DNA of 49,847 bases from Fidelibacterota bacterium (GCA_013203115.1 JABMQW010000087.1:1-49847); one strand, 5' to 3'. Counted from the first letter of the stretch, positions 9,143 through 19,870 are shown. Notes: generated by a model not told the origin, from the sequence alone. Translations and numbers: made by a program.

Positions 9143-10618
9143 ATGATAAGACTACTATTGATCCTGTTCTGCACAACGCTTTCAGCTCAAACTATATTTA
9201 TTGACGGGAGGTTTGATGATTGGAATAATATTCAAAAACTCCAAATTGATCCGGCTGGTGACGGTGCAAGTGAATTGGATTTATTATCAGTCAGTGTCGC
9301 AGTCGATAGTGCCCGTCTGTTTTTTCGCTTGGAATTAGCCGACGATTTATCTTTACAAACTGCCAATAAATTGACTTTGCTGATTGATTCAGATAATAAT
9401 GCAAATACAGGATACGTATTTGGTGACCTCGGGGCTGAACTAGTTTGGGTTTTCGGTGAAAAGGAGGGAGCAATATTCAAAGCAGACGATTCTGTGAAAA
9501 TTACTCACAGCGATATTGGTCTGATTACGTTACCAACTGTTACATCCAAAGAATTTGAAATAGGTCTCAACCGCTCAAGCATTCCAAATGTTAATGAAGC
9601 GTTGTTATCGGCTGAATCATTTCGATTTGCGTTTTATGATAACCAGGTACCCGATGGTGACCGATTACCAGATAATAATGGTGGTATATCTTTTATCATG
9701 TCAGACCATAAAACCAATCCTTGGAAAACAATTCCAATTGCTCGGTGGTCACAAGATGATATTAGAATCGTTTCGCAGAATACACTTCATGATGGAATAT
9801 TTGATGAAATACAGGCGCCGGCTCAAGGACGGATCTATCAGGCTCTGATACCGGACATTATTGCATTTCAGGAAATGTGGCAATCCAGTAATCAGAGCAC
9901 AGTTGAATATGTAAACTCGATTTTACCACTTCCCGATGGCGGAACATGGTACAGCACTGCCATGGAAGGGCACGTCAATACTGTCAGCCGCTTCCCGATT
10001 TTGAACAGCTGGTCAATCTGGGGTCATAATGGATCCCGAATTATGGCGGTCTTAATCCAGGTCAGGGAAACAGGAGAGTCAAATGAAATTCTGGTGATAA
10101 ACAGTCACTGGTCCTGCTGTGGAGCCAATGAATCGCGCCAAAAACAGGTCGATGCAACAATAGCATTTCTGAGAGATGCTTATCAACCGGGAGGGGATGT
10201 TGAACTTAAACCGTATACACCAGTAGTTGTGCTTGGTGATTTAAATCTGGTGGGCGATAATCAGCAGTTGAACACACTGCTTACGGGAGATATCCAGAAC
10301 GAAGAAGAGTACGGTAAAGACTTTGCCCCGGATTGGGACGGGACGGCCATGACAGATATATATCCCATGCATACTTCTGAGAGAGTAGCCTATACATGGC
10401 GGTCCGATCGGGAAGGTTACAGTCCGGGCAGGCTTGATTATTTTGTATATACTGACTATGTATTCGAAGTACAGAATTCTTTTATAATCAATACCCGTAC
10501 AATGACAGAAAATGAACTTAAATCATATGGATTACTCCGAAGTGATTCTAAAAATGGTTCTGACCATCTTACCTTAGTTGCTGATTTTAAAATAATTTCA
10601 GTGTCTGGTAGTAAATGA
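9143..10618 (+). CDS. Secreted EEP-domain protein with an N-terminal beta-sandwich ('IDGRFDDW') module
   Basis: Signal peptide ending LSA-Q; EEP motifs SQN, PDIIAFQE, NSH, GDLN, RLDY and SDH. Confidence 0.8.
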   Translation: MIRLLLILFCTTLSAQTIFIDGRFDDWNNIQKLQIDPAGDGASELDLLSVSVAVDSARLFFRLELADDLSLQTANKLTLLIDSDNNANTGYVFGDLGAELVWVFGEKEGAIFKADDSVKITHSDIGLITLPTVTSKEFEIGLNRSSIPNVNEALLSAESFRFAFYDNQVPDGDRLPDNNGGISFIMSDHKTNPWKTIPIARWSQDDIRIVSQNTLHDGIFDEIQAPAQGRIYQALIPDIIAFQEMWQSSNQSTVEYVNSILPLPDGGTWYSTAMEGHVNTVSRFPILNSWSIWGHNGSRIMAVLIQVRETGESNEILVINSHWSCCGANESRQKQVDATIAFLRDAYQPGGDVELKPYTPVVVLGDLNLVGDNQQLNTLLTGDIQNEEEYGKDFAPDWDGTAMTDIYPMHTSERVAYTWRSDREGYSPGRLDYFVYTDYVFEVQNSFIINTRTMTENELKSYGLLRSDSKNGSDHLTLVADFKIISVSGSK

Positions 10619-10675
10619 CATAATTATGCTTAGATAATGATTTGATAAAACACAAAGTTTTTATAGGAGTCTAAA

Positions 10676-13312
10676 ATGAAATTCGTGGCAAACATAATCA
10701 TAACCGGTTTAATTGTAGTTTGTTTCCTTCATTCAACTGAGTACGATCCGGTCGCCAAATCGGATGCCATTGTTATCTCCGGACAGGCTCGGTTCACTGT
10801 GTTAACTCCCCGGGTAATCAGGATGGAATGGGCCGAAGATGGTGTTTTTGAAGATCATGCTTCCTTAGCATTTGTTAACCGGAATCTGCCCGTACCAAAA
10901 TATAAAACCAGAACAAAAAAGGGCTGGTTCCAAATTACGACCAATGATTTAACCCTGAAATACGAGGTGGGCAGCGGCAAGTTTAACTCCGGGAATCTTC
11001 AGATTAGTTTCAAAGTTGATGGAGAACAAAAGCAGTGGAAACCAGGACAGCAAAATACAGGGAATTTGTTTGGTACCATTAGAACGCTGGACGGATTTGA
11101 TGGTGAAATCATGCAATGGTCAACTAAAAAACCAATCGAGCTGCAACCCGGTATACTATCAACAGAAGGCTGGGTATTAGTAGATGATTCTGAAAGACCA
11201 ATCTTCGATAATTCAGATTGGCCCTGGGTACTTCCCCGATCGGAAAAAGACCTCCAGGATTATTATTTTTTTGGTTACGGTTTTGACTATAAAACTGCCC
11301 TGAAAGATTTCACTGCGATTGCCGGTAAAATTGCTTTGCCACCCAAATTCGCTTTTGGTCCATGGTGGTCTCGATACTGGGAATATACGGACCTTGAATT
11401 CCGGGAATTAGTCGACGAATTCGAAATCCACGATGTTCCCCTTGATGTACTGGTAGTGGATATGGACTGGCATCTTACCAGCAAACCTGAATGGTATAAA
11501 GATGGGAAAAAGATCAAAGATCAGGCGGGTGAAGGTACCGGGTGGACAGGCTTGACCTGGAACAGGAATTATTTCCCTGATCCCCAGGGCTTTTTAATAT
11601 GGACGGACAAAAAAGATCTGACCGTTTGTATGAATCTGCATCCCGCTTCGGGAATCCAACCATTTGAAGAAAAATATCCTGAAATGGCGAGGGTTATGGG
11701 TATTGATCCAGTGACACAAAAATATGTTCCTTTCGACATTGTCAATAAGAATTTTGCCAATAATTTCATGAAGATAATTCTCCATCCCATGGAAGAGGAT
11801 GGCGTAGATTTCTGGTGGCTGGACTGGCAACAATGGAGTACCACCAGCATCACCGGTGTTAATCCGACTTTTTATCTGAATTATGTATTTTTCAGCGATA
11901 TGGAGCGGCAGGGCCAAAACCGCCCCATGATCTTTCACAGGTATGGTGGCCTCGGAAATCATCGTTACCAGATCGGTTTCTCGGGTGATACATTTATCAA
12001 TTGGAAATCATTAGACTATCAACCATATTTTACTGCGACTGCGTCTAATGTTGGATTTGGATTTTGGAGTCACGATATCGGCGGCCATATGCGGGGAGAG
12101 AGTACTCCGGAACTATATACGCGCTGGATCCAGTTTGGTATTTTTAGCCCTATCTTCAGAACGCATTGCACTAAATCCAATTACACAAAAGGAATTGAAC
12201 GCAGAATCTGGGCTTATCCCCTGGACGAATTTTACATCATGCGTGATGCTTTTCACTTGCGGAAGGTGCTCCTGCCATATATCTATACCGCTGCCAGAGA
12301 AGCCCATGATACTGGCATCTCAATCTGCCGGCCAATGTATTATGATCATCCCAGAAGCGAAGCAGCTTATGCCTTTAAAAATCAGTATATGTTTGGCAAT
12401 GATATCCTGGCGGCTCCCGTTACCAAACCGATTGGAGCGGATAGTTTATTCGTATCTAAAAATATCTGGTTACCGGAAGGTGAGTGGATCGAAATATTTT
12501 CAGGGACAGTCCTGAAAGGAGATAAGGTCCACCAAAGGGCTTTTACCATTGATGAAATACCATTGTTTGCCAAAGCCAGTGCAATAATTCCCATGGCATC
12601 CAGAAGTTCAAGTCGTGGTGATTATTCAATTGATCCACTGATACTTAAGATTTACCCGGGGATTTCCGGTTCCGTAAGTCTATACGATGATCATGGAAAT
12701 TCAATTGACTACAAAAAGGGCGATTTTATTAGAACTGATGTTAATTTTACTAAAAAGAGTAGCAAACTTAACATTATTATCAAACCCGTCACCGGCAGCT
12801 ATCCAGGAATGGCAGAAACGAGAACCTTTATAATAGAATTACCTCTAACACTGCCACCTCAAAAAATCACAGTGAATGATGATTTAATACATTATGATCG
12901 GGAATTTGGTACCAGTTCCTGGACATATGATGGTAATGAATTGACCACTGAAATTCTTACGAAAAGTTTTAGCGTTAATGAGAAAATAACAATCAAAGTC
13001 GAATTACCTGATTACGATACTGAACTCCTGTCAGCCAAGATAGGCAAGTTTAAGGAATTGGTAAAATTTATCAAATTCCTGGCGAAGAATAATTGGGATA
13101 AATCAAAATACTCAAATGATCTGATGGTACATGCTGCTCAAACAGGTCATAGGATGGGTATTAATCCGGATGAGGCTTTCAAGGAACTGAAGGAATTTGA
13201 TGCTGAATGGCAAAAAGTACTGGAGATGCTGGAAACCAGTTCTTCAGAGGATGAAATTTATCGTCCCTATTTAGAACTTCTTGAAACTGCTGATTGGTCC
13301 CAGGCCAAATGA
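10676..13312 (+). CDS. Glycoside hydrolase family 31 (alpha-glucosidase/xylosidase-like)
   Basis: ARFTVLTPRVIRME, PPKFAFGPWWSRYW, PLDVLVVDMDWH, GVDFWWLDWQQ (nucleophile Asp), HRYQIGFSGD, WSHDIGGH, ELYTRWIQFG and NQYMFG; signal peptide. Confidence 0.92.
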   Translation: MKFVANIIITGLIVVCFLHSTEYDPVAKSDAIVISGQARFTVLTPRVIRMEWAEDGVFEDHASLAFVNRNLPVPKYKTRTKKGWFQITTNDLTLKYEVGSGKFNSGNLQISFKVDGEQKQWKPGQQNTGNLFGTIRTLDGFDGEIMQWSTKKPIELQPGILSTEGWVLVDDSERPIFDNSDWPWVLPRSEKDLQDYYFFGYGFDYKTALKDFTAIAGKIALPPKFAFGPWWSRYWEYTDLEFRELVDEFEIHDVPLDVLVVDMDWHLTSKPEWYKDGKKIKDQAGEGTGWTGLTWNRNYFPDPQGFLIWTDKKDLTVCMNLHPASGIQPFEEKYPEMARVMGIDPVTQKYVPFDIVNKNFANNFMKIILHPMEEDGVDFWWLDWQQWSTTSITGVNPTFYLNYVFFSDMERQGQNRPMIFHRYGGLGNHRYQIGFSGDTFINWKSLDYQPYFTATASNVGFGFWSHDIGGHMRGESTPELYTRWIQFGIFSPIFRTHCTKSNYTKGIERRIWAYPLDEFYIMRDAFHLRKVLLPYIYTAAREAHDTGISICRPMYYDHPRSEAAYAFKNQYMFGNDILAAPVTKPIGADSLFVSKNIWLPEGEWIEIFSGTVLKGDKVHQRAFTIDEIPLFAKASAIIPMASRSSSRGDYSIDPLILKIYPGISGSVSLYDDHGNSIDYKKGDFIRTDVNFTKKSSKLNIIIKPVTGSYPGMAETRTFIIELPLTLPPQKITVNDDLIHYDREFGTSSWTYDGNELTTEILTKSFSVNEKITIKVELPDYDTELLSAKIGKFKELVKFIKFLAKNNWDKSKYSNDLMVHAAQTGHRMGINPDEAFKELKEFDAEWQKVLEMLETSSSEDEIYRPYLELLETADWSQAK

Positions 13313-13713
13313 AGACGAGTTTGTTTGGATTGATTATCATGTCAGTAACATTGAACGGGCAAACAACTGTTGTGAACATAGCCAATGATTCCTGCGATGT
13401 GTACATCGGACGGGGAATAGAAATTCGTACCCACATGCTGACTAACGGGATCAATCCCGGCGAAGAAGGCTGGTTGGGCAACTCCCATCCAATCGGCTGG
13501 TGTGAGATATGTAAAGAAAATCATATACGCGTAGAATGCATCGACAAATTCAAACAGGACTTTTACAAAAAAATTAGCAGTGATCTGGTGTTTAGAGAAT
13601 CTGTGCTGGCATTAAAAGGCAAACGGCTTGGATGTTACTGCAAACCTAAAGCTTGTCACGGCGATATTATTAAGAATTGGATCGAACAGCAAGATTATGA
13701 ACAGCCCAAATAG
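13309..13713 (+). CDS. DUF4326-domain protein with a signal-peptide-like N-terminus
   Basis: ATG at 13309 overlaps the GH31 stop (ATGA). Pattern VVN...DVYIGRG...GN...LKGKRLGCYCKPKACHGDII is typical of DUF4326. Confidence 0.8.
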   Translation: MKTSLFGLIIMSVTLNGQTTVVNIANDSCDVYIGRGIEIRTHMLTNGINPGEEGWLGNSHPIGWCEICKENHIRVECIDKFKQDFYKKISSDLVFRESVLALKGKRLGCYCKPKACHGDIIKNWIEQQDYEQPK

Positions 13714-13836
13714 TTATTTAGTCTCGGCACAGCCTGACGAGGTTAAAGCAAGAAAACTGGCTATACTACAAATAATTTCAAAAATGAGTATTTGCAGATT
13801 TATCCAGACAAGAAGAATCCCACGTCACATTCACTT

Positions 13837-13910
13837 CCCCGATACACTCCACTACATTCCGCTATCGGGGCAGGCTGTTCAGTATATGGTTTACCCGTGG
13901 GGCTCCATAT
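13837..13910. repeat. REP-like hairpin plus a partial copy of the 1104-1130 element
   Basis: CCCCGATA (13837-13844) pairs with TATCGGGG (13863-13870); CCCGTGGGGCTC at 13894-13905 is identical to 1116-1127. Confidence 0.45.
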
Positions 13911-14066
13911 CATGAAAACGTATCTGTATCCGTCAGCGAATAATGCATTGTTAGGTTCAATTTGTTATTCAACGTAATTATATTTGACAAAATCCCCGTT
14001 TTTATTATGTTCCGAGCCCTCCGAAATTGGTTTTGGAACGGAATTCGCAGAAATGGAGAATCTGAA

Positions 14067-15878
14067 ATGGTAAAAAAATTTAAGCAGTTATCTTCTCTAA
14101 TTCTATTAACATTTTTCGTTTGTCCTTTTTATCCCTCACTTAGTTTGTATGCGGAGGATCTGACGCCTGATTGAGTCAAAGATATGGTGATTTATGAAGT
14201 TGCAACCAAAGGCTTTACTTCACCAGCCGGACCGGAAAGCGGGACTTTTAAATCCCTGATGGATAAAATGGAATACCTGGAAGAACTGGGGATCAATGCC
14301 ATTTGGCTGACGGGACATTCGTCTTCCGATCCGGATCATTTTTATGGAATTTGGACCCAGTATGCCTGCATCGAACCGGATAAACTCGATCCCTCTCTGG
14401 GAACAGAACAGGATTTCATCGCAATGATCGAAGAAGCCCACCGCCGTGGAATTCGTATCATTCTTGATACAATTGAACATGGAGTAATGAACTATAGTCC
14501 ACTGATTGAAGAACATCCGGACTGGTTCAAAGGTGGTTCATGGGGTATGACCGATTACGACTGGAAAGGGGATCACCCCGATCTGGAAGAGTGGTGGATA
14601 AATATCTGGACGAAGGCGGTATTGGAGTGGGATGTAGATGGTTTTCGCTGTGATATGGGCCTCCATCGTCCGGATTTATGGGCGGAAATCAGGCGTAGGT
14701 GTGCTGCTGCTGGAAAACCGATTACTATTCTTGGCGAAAGTGGAAATGAAACTGTTAGCGATGCCTGCCAGCGCGATATCATGCTCTATAGTATACGTAA
14801 GGGGAAGTTAGATCAACATGCCGTTTTAAATGATCTGACTTCCGTTGGAGAATTATTTCATAAAGAATTCAATGGTTATCAAGCCAGCTTCCAATGCGAA
14901 GTATTTTATAAAGATGGTACTAACGCTATCGATAAAACGCAGGGGGGAGAACTGGGGATTTCATATATCGGTTTGGGTGAAGATGTCATTGGGAAATGGG
15001 AGTACGAACCGGATAATCTGGCCGATTGGAGCTGGTTGATAAAAGGATTGGACACTGACCGTCCTTATGAAAATTTACGAATTACCTATCCAAAACGAAA
15101 CTGGAGCTGGCAACTGGTGGGGGGTGGTTGGAAAGTAGCCATAGAAGAAACAACTGACGGTGTTAAAGTTAGTGGGGGCAATCCCACCAAAGCCGCAAAA
15201 CTAAGGATTATTGCTCCCAGTTGTCATGATTGTGGTTGGGATGGTTTCCCGTTAGATAAAAATCCTTATACCGTGCAGGGTAGTCGTCATGTATTTGGCT
15301 ATGGATCACTGTTCGCACCGGCCATACCACTATTTATGAGTGGGGAAGAGTTTAATACCGATTACCAGCCGCTACCCAAACATACACCGGGACTGTTTGG
15401 TAAAGGTGAATCGGGCACAGGCAGATGGCTATACGGTTCCTGGATACAGTGGGACCAACTGCAGGATAAACAGCGTAGTGACATGTTGACCGATGTAAAA
15501 CGGATGCTTGCCATTCGCAGAGATCATCAGGATTTGATCCATGCCGTTTCTGTGGGAAATACTGAGTTAAAAATGAATAGAGTCCCCTTTTCCACTGCGG
15601 AAGATATTCCGGTTCCTTATGTGCTCACCAATGGGAAACGTGCCCTGTTAATTGCCGGTAACCCGCTTGATAGGGATGTTATTGTCAATCTGGAATTATC
15701 GCTTGAAATTTTAGGTTTTTCCGCTAAAACGAAAGCGCTGCGAGTAGTGGAACTTTGGCCATTGGAGCAGTCCTCAAAACGTTTGCGCTCTAAGAAACTG
15801 TCAAAGTACAAGTGCACTATTCCTGCCGATGGTACTCTCAGCGGTGGGTTGCATGTTGTACGATTTGAAGCCGATTAA
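14067..15878 (+). pseudogene. GH13 alpha-amylase-family gene interrupted by an in-frame TGA at 14172-14174 (ORF-track pieces 13962..14174 and 14184..15878)
   Basis: ATG 14067 follows a GGAGA RBS and gives signal peptide MVKKFKQ...SLYA-EDLTPD*VKDMVIYEV. The stop replaces the Trp of the common 'PDWVKD.VIYE' motif. Downstream catalytic motifs DGFRCD, ILGE and CHD are intact. Confidence 0.8.
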
Positions 15879-15959
15879 CGGGCAGCAATATTTTATTATT
15901 CCAGTGCCTAAATATCTACTTTCCTTTCCGAATCCGGATCATTTTATTTAAATAGTATT

Positions 15960-16971
15960 ATGAATGGTTATGAACGAATTAAAGCCGCTCTGGAGGGCAC
16001 CAAGCCTGATTGCACGCCAGTCATTGCATAATTTCATGCTGGCGGCTCGTGAGGCAGGCTACACCATGACCGAATTCAGAGACGATCCCTGGAAAATTGC
16101 CGATGCGTTCATACAGGCAGTTGAAAAATATGAATATGACGGAATATTGGTGGATTTGGACACCGTTACTTTGGCCGGTGCGGTAGGTGTTCCCGTTGAT
16201 TTCCCGGTAGATGAACCCGCCCGTACAATTATTGGGTGCCTCAATTCTTTGGATGATATTGATGGATTACCAGCGCTTGATATCAGTAATTACCGCTATG
16301 TGCAAAACTGGTTAGAAGCGGTTCGGATACTGAAGGATTATTTTAAAAATGAAATTTTTATCCGCGGAAATTGTGATCAAGCGCCCTTTTCGCTGGCCAG
16401 TATGCTGCGAACATCCCAGGAATGGTACACGGATTTGATATTAAATGAGGAACGGGTCTTTCAATTACTTGAGTATTGTACTACTGCCAGTATTCAGTTT
16501 ATTGATCTGATGTCCACGACTGGCGCCGATATGTTATCGAATGGTGACAGCCCGGCCGGCTCTGATCTGATATCGCCTGAAATGTATTCGAAATTCGCTT
16601 TACCATTTGAGCGTCGGCTTGTTGACAGAACACACCAGCATGGATTACTCTATGCGCTGCATATATGCGGAAATACTGACATAATACTTAATCAGATGCT
16701 GGAAACGGGAGCCGACGCTTTCGAGCTTGATTATAAAACTGATGTCAGTCAGGCCAATGATACCTTTACGGGTCAAGTGACCTTCATCGGTAATCTAGAT
16801 CCTAGTGGTGTCCTGGCGCTGGGGTCGGTTGCGGACGTACGCTGCAAGACGGAGGAAATCATCAACATCTTCGCCGATAATCCAAGGTTTATCTTAAATG
16901 CCGGATGTGCCATTCCGCCATCGACACCTTCGGAAAATATTCGTGAAATGGTTCGGATCGCGCATCAGTGA
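15960..16971 (+). pseudogene. Uroporphyrinogen decarboxylase-like (MtaA/CmuA-type) family gene with a 5' frameshift near 16022-16026
   Basis: ATG 15960 gives MNGYERIKAALEGTKPDCTPVI, a typical family N-terminus ('ER..AAL.G..PD..PV'). It continues in the +1 frame as LHNFMLAAREAG...APFSLA...LISPEMY.KFALP...LHICG...GNLDP...FILNAGC.IP..TP.EN. Confidence 0.78.
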
Positions 16972-19784
16972 AGCTAAATCTGACATTAAAGTTATCAATT
17001 GAGCGGTTATTAAAATCTATAGGTGAAATCTTGAGTCCATATACTCCAAAACGGCGACAATTGAAATTGAGCTTTACATTGTTGATTAGTATCATCTGGC
17101 TTTTCCCTGTAGCTGCCCAATCGGTGACAGCATATTGGATAAATTCCTCTGACTCACTGTTCTCCGGAGGTTATGCTGATGGTGAAATTTCCGATCTAAT
17201 GATCGCGAATGATCGCGTCGCTTTCATAATTGGTGCTATAGATCATCCCGGATATTATACCGCCAGTGGAGGGAATATATTGGATGCTGCATCGAGTATT
17301 GATCGGGTCGATGAATTTGGAGAATTATATACTTACTTTAATGACGATTGGCCCCGCCAAGCTGTTTATAATACAATCATGATCATGAACGATGGAGCCG
17401 ATGGTAATCCGGCTGTTATCCGGGCTTCCGGAGTGGACTCGGATAATTCCTCAATCCTCGTTGTTACCAACTATTCATTGGCTGCCAGTGATGATTTTTT
17501 ATCCATTACTACTACCCTGACCAATTCAGGTACGGGCACCATTACTGATTTCGAGCTGGGCAGCGGAATCTATTGGGGTGATTGTCTGAAGTGGGCACCC
17601 GGATACGGCTTTTCATTATCCGGTATTACTTACATGCCCTGGCTGGCAGGGACGTCCAGCCAGTTATCGTATGGTTATTTATCTCCGGATACTACAATGA
17701 TGTGGGGCGATCACGAGGGAGATTGGTCCGACATCAACGTTGGAATCGCAACCATTAACCCCAACGACTCATGTACTTATACCTGCTACTTGATTGTGGG
17801 AGGTAAGGACATAGCATCAGTAGCCACATTGGCTCATATGATCAACGAAATACCTGTCGGATCACTTACTTGTTCGGTTACGGATCAATTAAATGGCGAT
17901 CCTGTTGCTGATGTTAAAATCGAAGTCAGCGACAGTTTAAATTTACCTTATCTCCAAATGGTCACCGATCTTAACGGGCAAGCATTATGTACGTTACCAC
18001 CGGGCATCTGGTCTCTTGAAACCTCAGCATCAGGCTATTCCACGATGGAAATATCTCTCTCAATCAGCTTGGATTCTACCGTGAATTACGACTTTGTTTT
18101 GGTAGAGGATAACACAATACCGGCTACCGGCGATACGTTGACCGTTATACAACGTCCGATACTTAATATCCCAGCGATTGTACTTCCCGGCGATACGCTT
18201 ATGATCGAATGTGAAGCAGATATGTACACAACACACTGGGCTGCTGAACTGCTCTATGGCTCATCACGGATTACAATGGATATTTATAGCGAGGTATATA
18301 ATCCGGCCACGTTGTGGTGGAACATTGCAGCAGGAGTACCCAATGTACCGATCTTTGAATTATATGATCTGAAAGTTACTGCAAGCGGGGGAATCAGCGA
18401 CACCACTGTGAACGCCGTGCATGTTATACCGGAATTCAAGAATGATTACTACTTTGTACATATCACTGATACTCATCTGCCGACTAATATGTATTATTAT
18501 GAATATGGTTCCGATATTGATAGTTCGTCAATCATCGATTTCCGTGAGGTAATCAGGGATATCAATATTATCAACCCGGAGTTTGTTCTACTGACTGGTG
18601 ATTTGGTTAATGAAGGTGAATTGGAAGACTTTCAGAACCGACGTTACTTCACCAAAGCACAAAGAATGCTGACTGAATTAGATGTGCCGGTCTATCTGGT
18701 TTCCGGTAACCACGATCTTGGTGGCTGGAGCGATACTCCACCATCAGATGGTACGGCCCGCCGCACCTGGTGGAAGTTTTTTGGTTGGAATCGTTTAGAT
18801 GATCCGCCAGTAGGAGCGTTATGGTATACCCAAAACTACAGTTTTGACTACGGCCCGGTTCATTATATTGGAATGGAAGCGTATCTTAATTATGACTGGT
18901 GGCGCTGGGGAATTTATGGTTATGAAAGCTTTACGGCTGGTCAGATGCAGTGGCTTTCAGACGAATTGATTGTGGCTTCCGGTAGTTCGGCCAGGGTTCT
19001 ATTCTATCATTTTGATTTTTCAGATCAGATCAATCTCAATCAAATGGGTGTGGAGATGGTTCTTTATGGCCATACTCATCAAAATGGCGGAAGTATCTCA
19101 TCTCCGCCATATAATCTTAGTACGGCATGTACCTGTAGTGGTAGGCGGGCCTATCGGTTGGTACGCGTTTCGAATGGCGTTTTGCACCCATCTTCTACGG
19201 TTTATTCTGGTTCTACTGGAAATAATCTACAGGTGGAATTCCAACCTGCCAATGATGGATCTAATTTTTCGGTGACTGCGGAAATTACTAACTGGCTTTT
19301 TGAATCATTTGAACATGCTCAACTGCGATTTTTCATGCCGGATACGACTGGCCAGGTCACTGTAACCGGTGGAACCTTGCTTCAGGTCGATAATTCTGAT
19401 TCTCTGGCGGTCTATTATATTGGAGTGGATATTCAGCCCTCTTCGACTCAAATTGTAACAGTGTCCCTCACACAAGTCCATACAGAAGATGAGTTTTCAG
19501 CACCTTATTCGTATAAGCTTCACCAAAACTGGCCTAATCCATTTAACCCACTTACGACAATTCGTTATAACATTCCGGAACTGTCCAGTATTACAATAAC
19601 GATCTATGATCTACTGGGCCGGCAGGTGAGAACATTACTTGACCAGGTAGAAGAACCGGGGTATAAATCAATTCAGTGGGATGCAACAAACGATCAAGGT
19701 CAGCCGGTCAGTGCCGGGATATATTTATACCGGATTAACGTTGGTAGTTTTACGCAAACGAAAAAAATGGTGTTATTAAGGTAA
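16968..19784 (+). CDS. Secreted multidomain protein: N-terminal beta domain, carboxypeptidase-regulatory-like domain, metallophosphoesterase and FlgD-Ig/T9SS-like CTD
   Basis: Metallophosphoesterase motifs HITDTH, TGD, GNHD and GHTH; CTD 'QNWPNPFNPLTTIRY...IYDLLGRQV...WDA...GIYLYR...KKMVLLR'. Probable start is TTG 17061 (MKLSFTLL...VAA-Q). Confidence 0.82.
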   Translation: MKLNLTLKLSIERLLKSIGEILSPYTPKRRQLKLSFTLLISIIWLFPVAAQSVTAYWINSSDSLFSGGYADGEISDLMIANDRVAFIIGAIDHPGYYTASGGNILDAASSIDRVDEFGELYTYFNDDWPRQAVYNTIMIMNDGADGNPAVIRASGVDSDNSSILVVTNYSLAASDDFLSITTTLTNSGTGTITDFELGSGIYWGDCLKWAPGYGFSLSGITYMPWLAGTSSQLSYGYLSPDTTMMWGDHEGDWSDINVGIATINPNDSCTYTCYLIVGGKDIASVATLAHMINEIPVGSLTCSVTDQLNGDPVADVKIEVSDSLNLPYLQMVTDLNGQALCTLPPGIWSLETSASGYSTMEISLSISLDSTVNYDFVLVEDNTIPATGDTLTVIQRPILNIPAIVLPGDTLMIECEADMYTTHWAAELLYGSSRITMDIYSEVYNPATLWWNIAAGVPNVPIFELYDLKVTASGGISDTTVNAVHVIPEFKNDYYFVHITDTHLPTNMYYYEYGSDIDSSSIIDFREVIRDINIINPEFVLLTGDLVNEGELEDFQNRRYFTKAQRMLTELDVPVYLVSGNHDLGGWSDTPPSDGTARRTWWKFFGWNRLDDPPVGALWYTQNYSFDYGPVHYIGMEAYLNYDWWRWGIYGYESFTAGQMQWLSDELIVASGSSARVLFYHFDFSDQINLNQMGVEMVLYGHTHQNGGSISSPPYNLSTACTCSGRRAYRLVRVSNGVLHPSSTVYSGSTGNNLQVEFQPANDGSNFSVTAEITNWLFESFEHAQLRFFMPDTTGQVTVTGGTLLQVDNSDSLAVYYIGVDIQPSSTQIVTVSLTQVHTEDEFSAPYSYKLHQNWPNPFNPLTTIRYNIPELSSITITIYDLLGRQVRTLLDQVEEPGYKSIQWDATNDQGQPVSAGIYLYRINVGSFTQTKKMVLLR

Positions 19785-19870
19785 GTAAAAGGCAATGATT
19801 CTCAGTTTTTGGCCTTTCAGTCGATTCACATTAATAGAAGCGTTTAATAATTAATTCAGTAGGTGCCCGT

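Noticed and set aside
13628-13977. Short ORFs 13628..13915 and 13792..13977
   Set aside because: They overlap the DUF4326 gene and the repeat hairpins and have no protein-like features.
14172-14174. Alternative genetic code (TGA=Trp/Gly) or selenocysteine
   Set aside because: TGA terminates several genes at their expected family ends (e.g. 2669, 21493, 31827, 44732) and TGG is used throughout. The position is a conserved Trp, not Cys, and I see no convincing SECIS hairpin.
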